64,000 nt of DNA, taken from Candidatus Cloacimonadales bacterium. GTDB lineage: Bacteria > Cloacimonadota > Cloacimonadia > Cloacimonadales > JAFGVF01. The stretch lies in contig OY782781.1 in assembly GCA_963678315.1 (NCBI GenBank), forward strand, positions 2,560,001 through 2,624,000. The letters run 5' to 3'. The notes beneath the pieces are model-generated. The model worked only from the letters and a program-made list of their open reading frames with translations. It was not told the DNA's origin and searched no databases. Shown here piece by piece: positions 29,461 to 42,547 of this stretch; the first letter of the stretch is position 1; each line of letters starts with the position of its first letter. The translations under genes were made by a program, and so were the position numbers.

Positions 29461-29830
29461 CCAGGGATGGCTACAATCCCAAGAATTTTCGTCGCCGAGG
29501 ACCGTGTCAGGCTAGACTGATGGCTACAATCCCAGTTTCCCTCGGAGTGTAAGCATCCACCGATAGGTTGAACGAAGTTCATGCTTACGCATAATATTTC
29601 TTTTCGTAGCCAGGGATGGCTACAATCCCAAGAATTTTCGTAGTCGTGGACCGTGTCAGGCTAGACTGATGGCTACAATCCCAGTTTCCCTCGGAGTGTA
29701 AGCATCCACCGATAGGTTGAACGAAGTTCATGCTTACGCAAATTATTTCTTTTCATAGCCAGGGATAGCTACAATCCCAAGACTTTTCGTAGCCATGGAC
29801 CGTGTCAGGCTAGACTGATGGCTACAATCC
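29461..29830. repeat. tandem ~149 bp composite-hairpin array, right part (rest of unit 3, units 4 and 5)
   Basis: Resumes in register after the IS; unit starts at 29549 and 29698. Confidence 0.95.
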
Positions 29831-29958
29831 TAGAATATTAGCAAGTTAGCGGAGTCTATACAGTTTTAGGATAAAACAGCTTATTAAAGTTATCATAAAT
29901 TAGCTATTGACAGAATTTATATTCATAATATTAAATAACTAAAAACATATATAAATAG

Positions 29959-33411
<3,453 letters not shown>

Positions 33412-33425
<14 letters not shown>

Positions 33426-34500
33426 TAAATACATAATTAAAGAATTTCTAAGGACATTCGTTGTAATATTTCTATCTTCGTCTGTCTTGTTCATTGTGAT
33501 TGATATAATAGACCACCTATCAAAGATGCTAAAATATGGAGCAACATTCAATCAAGCTGTTCTCTATTATACACTCAGGTTACCTTATCTACTAACCCTG
33601 ACTTCCCCAGTAATAATGTTACTGACCGGGCTATTCATGATGAATAATTTATCCAAGTACAATGAGTCTATTGCTGTTAGGGCTGCTGGAATAAGCATTA
33701 AGAGAACACTTTTCCCCTTAATGATAATTGGATTTCTCATGAGTATATTTATTGGTTGGTTTGGTGATTATGTTTTACCAAAAGCAGAAGATAGAAGAAC
33801 TCAGTTATATCAAGTTGAGATAAAGAAAGGCAAATTGAAAGATAAAATGCTTAGGACTAAGATATTCTTTAAAGAGGGCTCAGACACACAGAATTTCGTT
33901 GCTTTCTTCAATGGTCACTCTGAAGAGATGAAAGTTATAGATAAGACTGTAGTTTCAGAAGATTTTAGTGAGATTAAAAGTAAGAGTGTGGCTAGCTCTG
34001 CCAAATGGGCTGAAGATGAATGGAACTATAAGCAACTTTATCAAAGAGAATTTCAGTCTGGTGAAATGGTAAACTACTCATACAAAAATCAATCTAAAGA
34101 AGCTGTAATGAATGTAACTCCTAAAGAGTTTATCAGGACTGCCCAGAAAACTGTTTCAATGAACTATCAAGAGTTGAGTGCATACATTGATAGACTAAAG
34201 AAATTAAATGATGATTATACTATTGAATTAGTTGACCTTTACATGAAGATTTCTTTCCCTTTAGCTAACTTCATTATATTATTTTTCTCTTTTCCAATTA
34301 TTACTTCTTCAACTAGAAGTAAAAACAGAGGATTGATTTTTATGATGGGGCTTGGTGTTTGCTTTGTATTTTTAGTAGCTCTTAGGATATCAAGAAGTCT
34401 TGGTTATTCAGGAGTACTAAGCCCAATGGTGGCTGCCTGGTTGCCGAATGTATTATTTTTTATTGTGGGATTATACTTCTTAAGAAAAGCGGAAGTATAG
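33412..34500 (+). CDS. lptG: LptF/LptG family LPS export permease
   Basis: LDKYIIKE, NESIAVRAAGIS, AAWLPN. Confidence 0.85.
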
Positions 34501-34510
34501 TGAGGAAAAA

Positions 34511-35656
34511 ATGGAAATATATGTAAAAAAGTTTGGTGGAACATCGGTAGGTTCCATTGAGAAAATTGACAATATTGCAAGACGAATAGCCAATGAGTTT
34601 GACTCAAGTAAAAGATATGTAATAGTAGTATCAGCTATGGGGAATACTACTGATGAATTGACAGAAAAAGCCTATTCTATTAGCAGTAAACCATGTAAAC
34701 GTGAACTAGACATGTTGCTTACTGCAGGGGAAAGAATCAGTATGTCTCTTTTGTCGATTGCATTACAGGAATATGGGATAACATCAATATCCTTTACAGG
34801 ATCTCAGTCTGGAATAATTACAGATTCTAATCATGGTAATGCGAGAATTACTGATGTTACAGCTTTTCGTATTAGAGAAGAACTAGAGAAAAACAAAGTT
34901 GTTATTGTAGCAGGATTTCAAGGAGTAAGCCCTGAGAAAGAAGTAACTACACTTGGACGAGGTGGTTCTGATACTTCTGCTGTAGCTCTTGCTTCCTATC
35001 TCAAAGCAAAAACTTGTGAAATATATACAGATGTTGATGGCATCTATTCAGCTGATCCAAGACTTGTGACAGATTACCAAAAGATAGATGTTATTGATTA
35101 TAATACAGTCCTAGAACTTGCTTATGGGGGTGCTAAAGTGATTCACCCTAGAGCTGTTGAATTTGCAAAAAAATATAATATAGAGTTAGAAGTTAAGTCT
35201 TCTTTTACCTTTGCAGCTGGAACAAAGATTAGAAAGGAAACTAATATGGAAGAAAAGAAAATTGTTTCTATAGCTTATAAAAATAACTTGATTCGCAATG
35301 TTTATAATAAAGATTTTAGAAGTGTTCTACAAATACTCAATGAAGAGAAGATTGAAGTTTTTGACTTAAATATTGATGAAGATATTTTAAAACTTGTTGT
35401 GGATTGTAAGAGCTTTAATGAAAGTAAGCTAAAAGACATTAATTGTGATACATCATGTGAGGTGCAGTCAATATCAATTATTGGTAATAGAATAATTAAT
35501 GATATTGAGTTTTTGATGCAACTACATGATTTTCTAGATAATAATGGTGTTGATATTAAAGATATAAAGAAGAACACTGTCGGATTAAATATAATCGTCA
35601 AAACCGACAAACTTGAAGAGATTATAATAAAATTACATAAAGAATATATAAAATAA
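34511..35656 (+). CDS. lysC: aspartate kinase
   Basis: KFGGTSV, VVSAMG, TLGRGGSDTSA, YTDVDG, ADPR. Confidence 0.93.
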   Translation: MEIYVKKFGGTSVGSIEKIDNIARRIANEFDSSKRYVIVVSAMGNTTDELTEKAYSISSKPCKRELDMLLTAGERISMSLLSIALQEYGITSISFTGSQSGIITDSNHGNARITDVTAFRIREELEKNKVVIVAGFQGVSPEKEVTTLGRGGSDTSAVALASYLKAKTCEIYTDVDGIYSADPRLVTDYQKIDVIDYNTVLELAYGGAKVIHPRAVEFAKKYNIELEVKSSFTFAAGTKIRKETNMEEKKIVSIAYKNNLIRNVYNKDFRSVLQILNEEKIEVFDLNIDEDILKLVVDCKSFNESKLKDINCDTSCEVQSISIIGNRIINDIEFLMQLHDFLDNNGVDIKDIKKNTVGLNIIVKTDKLEEIIIKLHKEYIK

Positions 35657-35666
35657 TGGAGACAAG

Positions 35667-37694
35667 ATGAGTAAATATATAATAACTAGTGCTTTACCTT
35701 ATGCTAATGGCAAACTTCATATTGGCCATGTAGCAGGAGCATATTTACCAGCTGATATTTTTAACAGATATCTTAAATTAAAAAAAGAAGATGTAATATA
35801 TATTTGTGGAAGTGATGAGCATGGTGCACCTATTTCAATTAGAGCAGAAAAAGAAGGTGTTAGTCCTCAAGAGATTGTGGATAGATACCATAAATCTTTA
35901 AAAGAAAGCTTTGATGGACTTGGCATTATCTTTGATAACTTCTCAGGAACAGCCAGAAAACCTCACCATGAGCTTTCACAACAGTTCTTCACTGAATTAA
36001 ATAATAATGGTTATATAAAGGCTAAAGAGTCACAACAATTCTATGATGAAAAAGAAAAAAGATTCCTTCCTGATAGATATGTTGAAGGTACATGTCCTCA
36101 CTGTGGAGCAGAAGGTGCAAGAGGAGACCAATGTGATGCTTGTGGTAAGTTAATAGATGCTATCACTTTGATTAATCCTATAAGTAAAGTATCTGGAACC
36201 AAGCCTGTAATAAAAACTACAAAACAATGGTATTTAGACTTACCACAGTTTACTGAAAGATTGAAAGAATGGTTAGCCCAAAAGACTTATTGGAAAGAAA
36301 ATGTTGTTAATTTTATCCAGAATTGGTTAAATGAAGGCTTGATTGAACGTGCGATTACTAGAGATATTAACTGGGGAGTTCCAGTACCTTTAGAAGAAGC
36401 TGAAGGAAAAGTTCTTTATGTTTGGTTCGATGCTCCTATAGGTTACATATCTTCAACTATTGAGTGGGCAAACAAGCTTGGTAAGCCTGAACTATGGAAA
36501 GATTACTGGTTAAACCAAGAAACTAAATTGGTTCATTTCATTGGAAAAGATAACATTCCATTCCATACTATCATGTGGCCAGCTTTTGTGATGGGGCAAA
36601 ACGAGAATTATGTTCTTCCTTATGATGTACCAGCTAATGAATACCTTAACCTCGAGGGTAACAAGATTTCTACAAGTAGAAACTGGGCTATCTGGGTTGA
36701 TGAATACTTAAAGTATTTTGATGGAGAATATCTGAGATATGTTCTCGCTGTTAATGCTCCTGAGAAACAAGATAATGACTTCTTATGGAAAGATTTCCAA
36801 AATAAGATTAATACCGAATTGAATAATGTTCTTGGAAACCTAGGCAACAGAGTATTCTCTTTTACTAAAAAACACTTTGATGGATTGATAACTAAACCAG
36901 AAAATCTAGAAGACTTATCAGTTAAAGCTCTTGAAGAAGTTGATGCTTTAATTAATGATATAGATAAATACTACTCTTCTTACCAAGTTAGAAAAGCTGT
37001 GAAGACTATCATGGATATTGCTAGAATAGGTAATAGATACTTTGATGAAAGACAACCATGGAAAGTAGTAAAAACCGATAAAGCTCCAGTAGCAGAAACA
37101 CTGTATGTGTGTGCTGAAATCATTAGAAAGATTACAGTTGTTATGACTCCTATCTTACCAAACTTCATGAGCAAACTAAGAGCAATCATGCAGATTGATT
37201 CAGTTCCAGTTTGGGAGGAATTAAGTGCCGATGCATATCCAATTCAACTTGGAGATGTTCAACAAGTATTCTATAAAGTAGAAGATAAGCAAATAGAAGA
37301 GCAACTTAAACTTCTACAAGAAAATGCTAAAGCCAATAAAGAAGTTGAAGAAGAAAAGCCTGAAATTAAGCCTGAAATTGATTTTGAAGACTTCATGAAA
37401 CTTGATTTGAGAGTTGCTAAAATTCTATCAGCTGAAAAAGTAAAAAAGACAGATAAACTTCTACATGTAAAAGTTTCCTTAGGTTCAGAAGAAAGAGAAC
37501 TTGTAGCAGGTCTTGCTAAAGCTTATTCTCCAGAAGAATTAGTCGGTAAAAAAGTGGTTATGCTACTAAACCTCAAACCTAGAAAGATTAGAGGAGTCTT
37601 ATCGCAAGGCATGATATTAGCTGCTGCTGATGGAGATACCTTATCCGTATTACATCCAAATAAAGATGTGAAAGAAGGATCTGTTATTTCATAA
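35667..37694 (+). CDS. metG: methionine--tRNA ligase with C-terminal tRNA-binding domain
   Basis: LPYANGKLHIGH, Zn knuckle, YVWFDA, KISTS, OB-fold tail. Confidence 0.98.
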   Translation: MSKYIITSALPYANGKLHIGHVAGAYLPADIFNRYLKLKKEDVIYICGSDEHGAPISIRAEKEGVSPQEIVDRYHKSLKESFDGLGIIFDNFSGTARKPHHELSQQFFTELNNNGYIKAKESQQFYDEKEKRFLPDRYVEGTCPHCGAEGARGDQCDACGKLIDAITLINPISKVSGTKPVIKTTKQWYLDLPQFTERLKEWLAQKTYWKENVVNFIQNWLNEGLIERAITRDINWGVPVPLEEAEGKVLYVWFDAPIGYISSTIEWANKLGKPELWKDYWLNQETKLVHFIGKDNIPFHTIMWPAFVMGQNENYVLPYDVPANEYLNLEGNKISTSRNWAIWVDEYLKYFDGEYLRYVLAVNAPEKQDNDFLWKDFQNKINTELNNVLGNLGNRVFSFTKKHFDGLITKPENLEDLSVKALEEVDALINDIDKYYSSYQVRKAVKTIMDIARIGNRYFDERQPWKVVKTDKAPVAETLYVCAEIIRKITVVMTPILPNFMSKLRAIMQIDSVPVWEELSADAYPIQLGDVQQVFYKVEDKQIEEQLKLLQENAKANKEVEEEKPEIKPEIDFEDFMKLDLRVAKILSAEKVKKTDKLLHVKVSLGSEERELVAGLAKAYSPEELVGKKVVMLLNLKPRKIRGVLSQGMILAAADGDTLSVLHPNKDVKEGSVIS

Positions 37695-37706
37695 ATAAGC
37701 TATTTT

Positions 37707-37743
37707 AGAGCTGAGTATTAATTAACATATTCAGCTCTTTTTT
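37707..37743 (+). terminator. Rho-independent terminator after metG
   Basis: AGAGCTGAGTAT...ATATTCAGCTCT followed by T-tract. Confidence 0.7.
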
Positions 37744-37797
37744 ATTATTTACTTGCCAAAGAACAAGTATTTCTTAATTATCTGACTAGAGGTAATT

Positions 37798-39051
37798 ATG
37801 TTTAAGAAATTCCTAATGTTACTTATGCTGATATCTTTATCAAGCAATGTTATTGCCTATATGATAAAGAATAATGATGTATTCCTTACTATTCTAATTG
37901 ATAGTGGAAAAAAGGTTGAACTTGATGTCGAAGGTTCTAGCTACTTTAATGGCAAAGAATATACTACACACAAGATAAGTGTTAACTATATACAAGACGA
38001 TAAAGTAAAAGTAACCATTGGCAATAAAGCATTTACAGGGAAGGCTCACCTTATGGAGCTTACAATACCTAGTTCATTTTCTAAGAAAGGTAACAAGAAA
38101 CAATCATTCTCTGGAGATATCCACATTCGTACATACAAGAATAAAATAGTTTTACTCAACATAATGAACTTAGAAAGCTACACACGTTATGTTGTAAGCA
38201 ATGAAATTGGTTCTGGTGCTCCTGAAGAAGCACTAAAAGCTCAAGCAATAATATCTCGGACTTACGCAATATATAATTCAATGAAGAATGTTTCATATCC
38301 CTGGGATTTAAGAGCTGACACCTATTCACAAGTTTTTAATACCAAAAAAGATATTCCACAAAAAGTAATTGATGCTTGTAATGCTACAGAATATTCCATA
38401 ATTACTCATAATGACAAACCTGCTTTTACTCCCTTCAGTGGATATAATGGCGGTTATATAGCTAATGTGGAAGATGTTTGGGGTGGGAAAGGCTTCCCTT
38501 ATCTCTCGGCTAAAGGTGATAATTCTAAAGTAAATACAAAAGACATGACAAAGGATAGTAACCTTAAACGATGGATAAAAACTAGTCCAGAAAAGGCATA
38601 TAAACACTATTCAAAACTTCCTAACTGGCTAAAAGCTAGCTTCCAATGGAAGAAAAAGGTTAACCTTACGACAGTCGCTAACAGAGGTAATTACAGTAAA
38701 GTAAGGTCTTTGTCGGTTGTTTCAAGAGATAAATCAGGTAGGGTTAATAATTTAAGAGTAGTAACCTCCAAAGGCTGGGAGAATGTAACATCTCAGGATA
38801 AGATAAGAAGAATACTAGGGGTAACATCCACAATGTTCTATCTTGAAAAGCATAGCGGTTATGTTATTGTGAAAGGTAAAGGAAATGGTCACGGAGTAGG
38901 ATTCTGCCAAACTGGTGGATATTTAAAAGCTTATGCAGGATGGAATTACAAGAAAATTATTAAGCACTACTATCCTCAAACTGATTTGAACGATAGCTTC
39001 TTCTTTGATAAGTCTACAGAAGATGAATTGGAAAAGTTATTTTCTGACTAA
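37798..39051 (+). CDS. SpoIID/LytB family lytic transglycosylase
   Basis: Signal peptide, LESY...E...EALKAQAIISRTY, GNGHGVGFCQ, HYYP. Confidence 0.9.
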   Translation: MFKKFLMLLMLISLSSNVIAYMIKNNDVFLTILIDSGKKVELDVEGSSYFNGKEYTTHKISVNYIQDDKVKVTIGNKAFTGKAHLMELTIPSSFSKKGNKKQSFSGDIHIRTYKNKIVLLNIMNLESYTRYVVSNEIGSGAPEEALKAQAIISRTYAIYNSMKNVSYPWDLRADTYSQVFNTKKDIPQKVIDACNATEYSIITHNDKPAFTPFSGYNGGYIANVEDVWGGKGFPYLSAKGDNSKVNTKDMTKDSNLKRWIKTSPEKAYKHYSKLPNWLKASFQWKKKVNLTTVANRGNYSKVRSLSVVSRDKSGRVNNLRVVTSKGWENVTSQDKIRRILGVTSTMFYLEKHSGYVIVKGKGNGHGVGFCQTGGYLKAYAGWNYKKIIKHYYPQTDLNDSFFFDKSTEDELEKLFSD

Positions 39052-40142
39052 TTAAGATAATAAGTAAGTAGAACATCATTATCTATTCTTTCTATAGAAT
39101 CCAGTTCTAATTGTATCTTATTTTCTATAGAATCGATACCTATATTACTAAAAACGTTCATATTACCATCAATTATTGAAGGAGCAATAAAATAGTAGAT
39201 CTTATCAATAAGGCCTTGAGCTAAGAAACTAGAACATAATTGAGGTCCTGCCTCTATCATGACTGAATACATATTCTTATTATAAAGATATGCCGTTATC
39301 TCTTGTAAATTAAAAGTATTATTTAGCACATCTAAGAAGACTACTTGAAGGCCTTTACTTTCCAGTAACAAGTGCTTTTTACTATCCCTATATTGAGAAG
39401 AAGTAAAAATCATTGTTGCTATATCTCGAGAGCTAACAACGAGTTTAGATTCAATATTAATCTCAAAATATTTATCCACTACAACACGTGAAGGATTAGA
39501 GATTTCAACATCGTCCAGCCTTACATTCAGCATAGCATCATCTTCATTAACTGTCTTAACGCCTGTAATAATAGCATCAGCTTCATTTCTTAAGTAATGA
39601 ACCTTTCTTCTTGAAGCAGAGGATGTTATCCATTTAGAATTACCATTATCATCAGCAATTTTACTATCTAGAGATACAGCATTCTTCATATAGACAAAAG
39701 GACGTTCTTGCGTAATATAAGTTAAGTAGTATTCTAATTGCTTACGAATAGCATTCTGCATGAAGCCATAGTGAACTTCAACCCCAGCATCTTGGAGCAT
39801 CTGGAAGCCTTTACCATTAACTTTAGGGTTAGGATCTTTAATACCAGCATAAACCACTTTTATCCCAGCTTCAATGATTGCTTTGGCGCAAGGAGGCGTT
39901 TTACCGTAATGAGCGCAAGGTTCCAAGGTAACATACATCTCTGCACCTTTCGCAAGCTCTTTAGCCTCCTTCAAAGCTTGCACTTCGGCATGGTCCTTCC
40001 CCCAAGGCTGAGTTCTACCTTGTCCTACAATAACATCATCTTTTACTATTACACAGCCTACAAAAGGATTTGGAGATGTATAAGCTCTGCCCAATTCTCC
40101 TAGTTCATAGGCCATTTTCATGTAGCTATTTATTCTGCTCAT
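39048..40142 (-). CDS. ribD: bifunctional riboflavin deaminase/reductase
   Basis: SPNPFVG, HAE, TLEPCAHYGKTPPC, SKWIT. Confidence 0.96.
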   Translation of the reverse strand: MSRINSYMKMAYELGELGRAYTSPNPFVGCVIVKDDVIVGQGRTQPWGKDHAEVQALKEAKELAKGAEMYVTLEPCAHYGKTPPCAKAIIEAGIKVVYAGIKDPNPKVNGKGFQMLQDAGVEVHYGFMQNAIRKQLEYYLTYITQERPFVYMKNAVSLDSKIADDNGNSKWITSSASRRKVHYLRNEADAIITGVKTVNEDDAMLNVRLDDVEISNPSRVVVDKYFEINIESKLVVSSRDIATMIFTSSQYRDSKKHLLLESKGLQVVFLDVLNNTFNLQEITAYLYNKNMYSVMIEAGPQLCSSFLAQGLIDKIYYFIAPSIIDGNMNVFSNIGIDSIENKIQLELDSIERIDNDVLLTYYLN

Positions 40143-41346
40143 CTCTTTCAGCTATTTTCTTTTTTATCAACTCTATGTTACGTTTTGCAATATCGTAATC
40201 TGGATTAAGTTTCAGACACTTCTCAAGAATATCAATAGCCTCTTCCCATTCTTCCTTTGCAATATGCATAATAGCAATATTATTTAGAGACTTCACTTCA
40301 TTAGGATTCTTAGATAGAACTTCTTTATAGATAGCTAATGCCTCTTGGTCCTTGCGTTCTACTTGTTTGATAAACCCTAAATTGTAAAGTGGTTCAACAA
40401 AGTCAGGATCAATAATATAGGATATTTGGAAGTGCTTCCTTGCTTCATTCACATTTTCTTGTAATGAATGGAAAAGTCCCCAATAATACTCTATATCAGC
40501 AGAATCTGGATAAATCTTTGAATATCTATTACAGAGATTAAAAACATCTTCTATCTCATTTTTATTAATCAAGCCTGCAATATGCTTGATGGCTGAATCC
40601 TCACCATAATATAATTGTGGATTACCTAAAATCCTTGACTTAAGCTTCCACTCTCCACCAATCTTAACAATATTGAGTGTTATTTCTGCCTTATTATTAA
40701 TATCAAAGTGACACAATGCTTCAGAACCTTCTTTATTTAGAGAAGAGCTAATTAGCTTGTAAGAAGATATTTTTTTGAAAGCTCTAAATGCTTTATTTCT
40801 TTTGATATATCTTTTCTTGTTTTCATCTTTAAGAATCTGTTCATTATTATGATACATTTCAATGAAAGCATCCCAATTCTGTTGACTAATAATCTCCACT
40901 ACCCTTTCAGCATATTCTTCAAAATCATTTGCTTTTTTATATTCGATAGGAGAAAGTTTTAGCTTAGAGCGCATTTCATTTATTGGTAAGGTATTGAGGA
41001 ATTGAGTCTTTGCAAAGTATGATTCAAGAATATCTCTGCCCTCTTGGCTTTCAGAAAGTTCTTTAGGTGATTTGTTATTAAAATCTGAATTAGTCATTAA
41101 AGTCCAAATGTCAAAGAGTCTAAGCACTACATCATTAGTTTCTTTGAGAGAATCTGACTTAAATTTAAAAGCGAGAGAGTTACCTTCATTTTTAGGAATA
41201 TGGTATTCACACTCAGTAGGACATTTATGGTCAAAGCGCATTGAATTACAGCACTCCCAGCCTATCTGTTTATTCTTTCTAAGGCAGTGTCTTACTGCTC
41301 TTTCTTCTTTACAAATCTTACATCTTGTTTTGTTAAATAAGCTCAC
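40126..41346 (-). CDS. TPR protein with N-terminal Cys-rich putative Zn-binding domain
   Basis: CxxC-x8-C...CC...CPxxCxYH N-terminus; C-terminal TPRs (YNLG, LNNIA, LKLNPDY). Confidence 0.75.
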   Translation of the reverse strand: MSLFNKTRCKICKEERAVRHCLRKNKQIGWECCNSMRFDHKCPTECEYHIPKNEGNSLAFKFKSDSLKETNDVVLRLFDIWTLMTNSDFNNKSPKELSESQEGRDILESYFAKTQFLNTLPINEMRSKLKLSPIEYKKANDFEEYAERVVEIISQQNWDAFIEMYHNNEQILKDENKKRYIKRNKAFRAFKKISSYKLISSSLNKEGSEALCHFDINNKAEITLNIVKIGGEWKLKSRILGNPQLYYGEDSAIKHIAGLINKNEIEDVFNLCNRYSKIYPDSADIEYYWGLFHSLQENVNEARKHFQISYIIDPDFVEPLYNLGFIKQVERKDQEALAIYKEVLSKNPNEVKSLNNIAIMHIAKEEWEEAIDILEKCLKLNPDYDIAKRNIELIKKKIAERDEQNK

Positions 41347-42119
41347 TCAATCTCCTCTAAAGTAGGTGGCATCATTCTTTTAAACTTTGATTTATTATAA
41401 AGATTCATAGCAACATCAAGGTGTTCTTGCTTTACAGAATCTTTAACAATTTCTTCATCAGTTAATGTAAGTTCAAATTTTCTATATAAGACTTCATCTA
41501 GCATTTTATAAGTAATACCCATTTCTTGTTCATCAGTTTGGGCATCCCATAAATCAGCTGTAGGCTTTTTGTTGATTACAATATCAGGAACACCTAATAT
41601 TCTTGCCATCTCCCAAACCTCTGTTTTATAGAGATGACCTATTGGTTCAAAAGCACAAGCTGAATCGCCATATTGAGTACAATATCCAGTAAGTAGCTCA
41701 GATTTATTACCTGTTCCTACTACTAAGCCACCATGTTTGGCAGAATAATCATAAAGAACTATCATCCTCATTCTTGCCATGTAGTTACCTTTTCTTAATG
41801 GTGTTACATTCTCATTCTCATAGACTGAGAAGTAGGGATCAACCATTGGGGTAATATCTACTTTTGTATAAGATATATTGAATTTATCTGCTACTTCTTT
41901 AGCATCATTAAAACTTGCTGGAGAAGAACTTGCGTAAGGAAGCATAACTCCAATAACGTTTTCACTACCTACAGCTTTCACAGCCAGAGCTGCAGAAAGA
42001 GCTGAATCGATTCCTCCTGATAAACCAATAATAAACTTCTTGAGACCACTAGCATTTAAAGTGTCTTGCATGAACTTAACAATTCTATCTATTTCATTGT
42101 TGTAATTAATTTTTCGCAT
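41343..42119 (-). CDS. nadE: NH3-dependent NAD+ synthetase
   Basis: GLSGGIDS, ARMRM, GTGNKSE, KPTADL. Confidence 0.96.
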   Translation of the reverse strand: MRKINYNNEIDRIVKFMQDTLNASGLKKFIIGLSGGIDSALSAALAVKAVGSENVIGVMLPYASSSPASFNDAKEVADKFNISYTKVDITPMVDPYFSVYENENVTPLRKGNYMARMRMIVLYDYSAKHGGLVVGTGNKSELLTGYCTQYGDSACAFEPIGHLYKTEVWEMARILGVPDIVINKKPTADLWDAQTDEQEMGITYKMLDEVLYRKFELTLTDEEIVKDSVKQEHLDVAMNLYNKSKFKRMMPPTLEEIE

Positions 42120-42189
42120 TCTTCCCCCAAAATAAAAAGAGATGTCTTGCTAGCTAATATATTAACAAAACATCTCAAACTTATTATTT

Positions 42190-42420
42190 TTATTGAACTG
42201 AGATAACTTCTTTTACTTCTGGAATCTCGTCTTTAAGCACTCTTTCGATACCAGCTTTTAAAGTTAAAGTTGCCATTGGGCATGAACCACAAGCACCTTG
42301 TAATCTAACTTCAATTACGTTATCTTCACGAATATTTACTAATTCACAATCTCCACCATCAGCCTGTAATGATGGTCTCACTTTATCAAGAACTTCTTGA
42401 ACTTTTGCTCTATCTAACAT
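42190..42420 (-). CDS. NifU/Nfu-type Fe-S carrier
   Basis: [26 protein letters not shown] before ATG 42420. Confidence 0.92.
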   Translation of the reverse strand: MLDRAKVQEVLDKVRPSLQADGGDCELVNIREDNVIEVRLQGACGSCPMATLTLKAGIERVLKDEIPEVKEVISVQ

Positions 42421-42547
42421 CAGTTCCTCCATATTTATTTGGTAATATATTAGTCATAACCAATCTTTTTGCAATATTTATTTTGTCAATTTATAAATAA
42501 TATTGCTAATTTTCATATCTTTACAAATGAATTTCACCTATTTCAAG

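Noticed and set aside
29307..29582. ORFs 29307-29582(-) and 29364-29552(+)
   Set aside because: They span the IS end and repeat units, have no RBS, and are chance frames.
26730..29830. CRISPR array or other guide-RNA array
   Set aside because: Sequences between the recurring motifs are the same in every unit (no unique spacers), the unit is ~149 bp, and no cas-like gene is in the window.
26730..29830. Repeats as part of the IS (long terminal repeats or composite transposon)
   Set aside because: TG...CA ends and the CCAGG TSD delimit the IS at 27102-29460. The array continues in register across it and its modules occur elsewhere without the IS.
34500..35667. Lysine/SAM riboswitch or T-box before lysC/metG
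   Set aside because: The intergenic gaps are only 10 bp.
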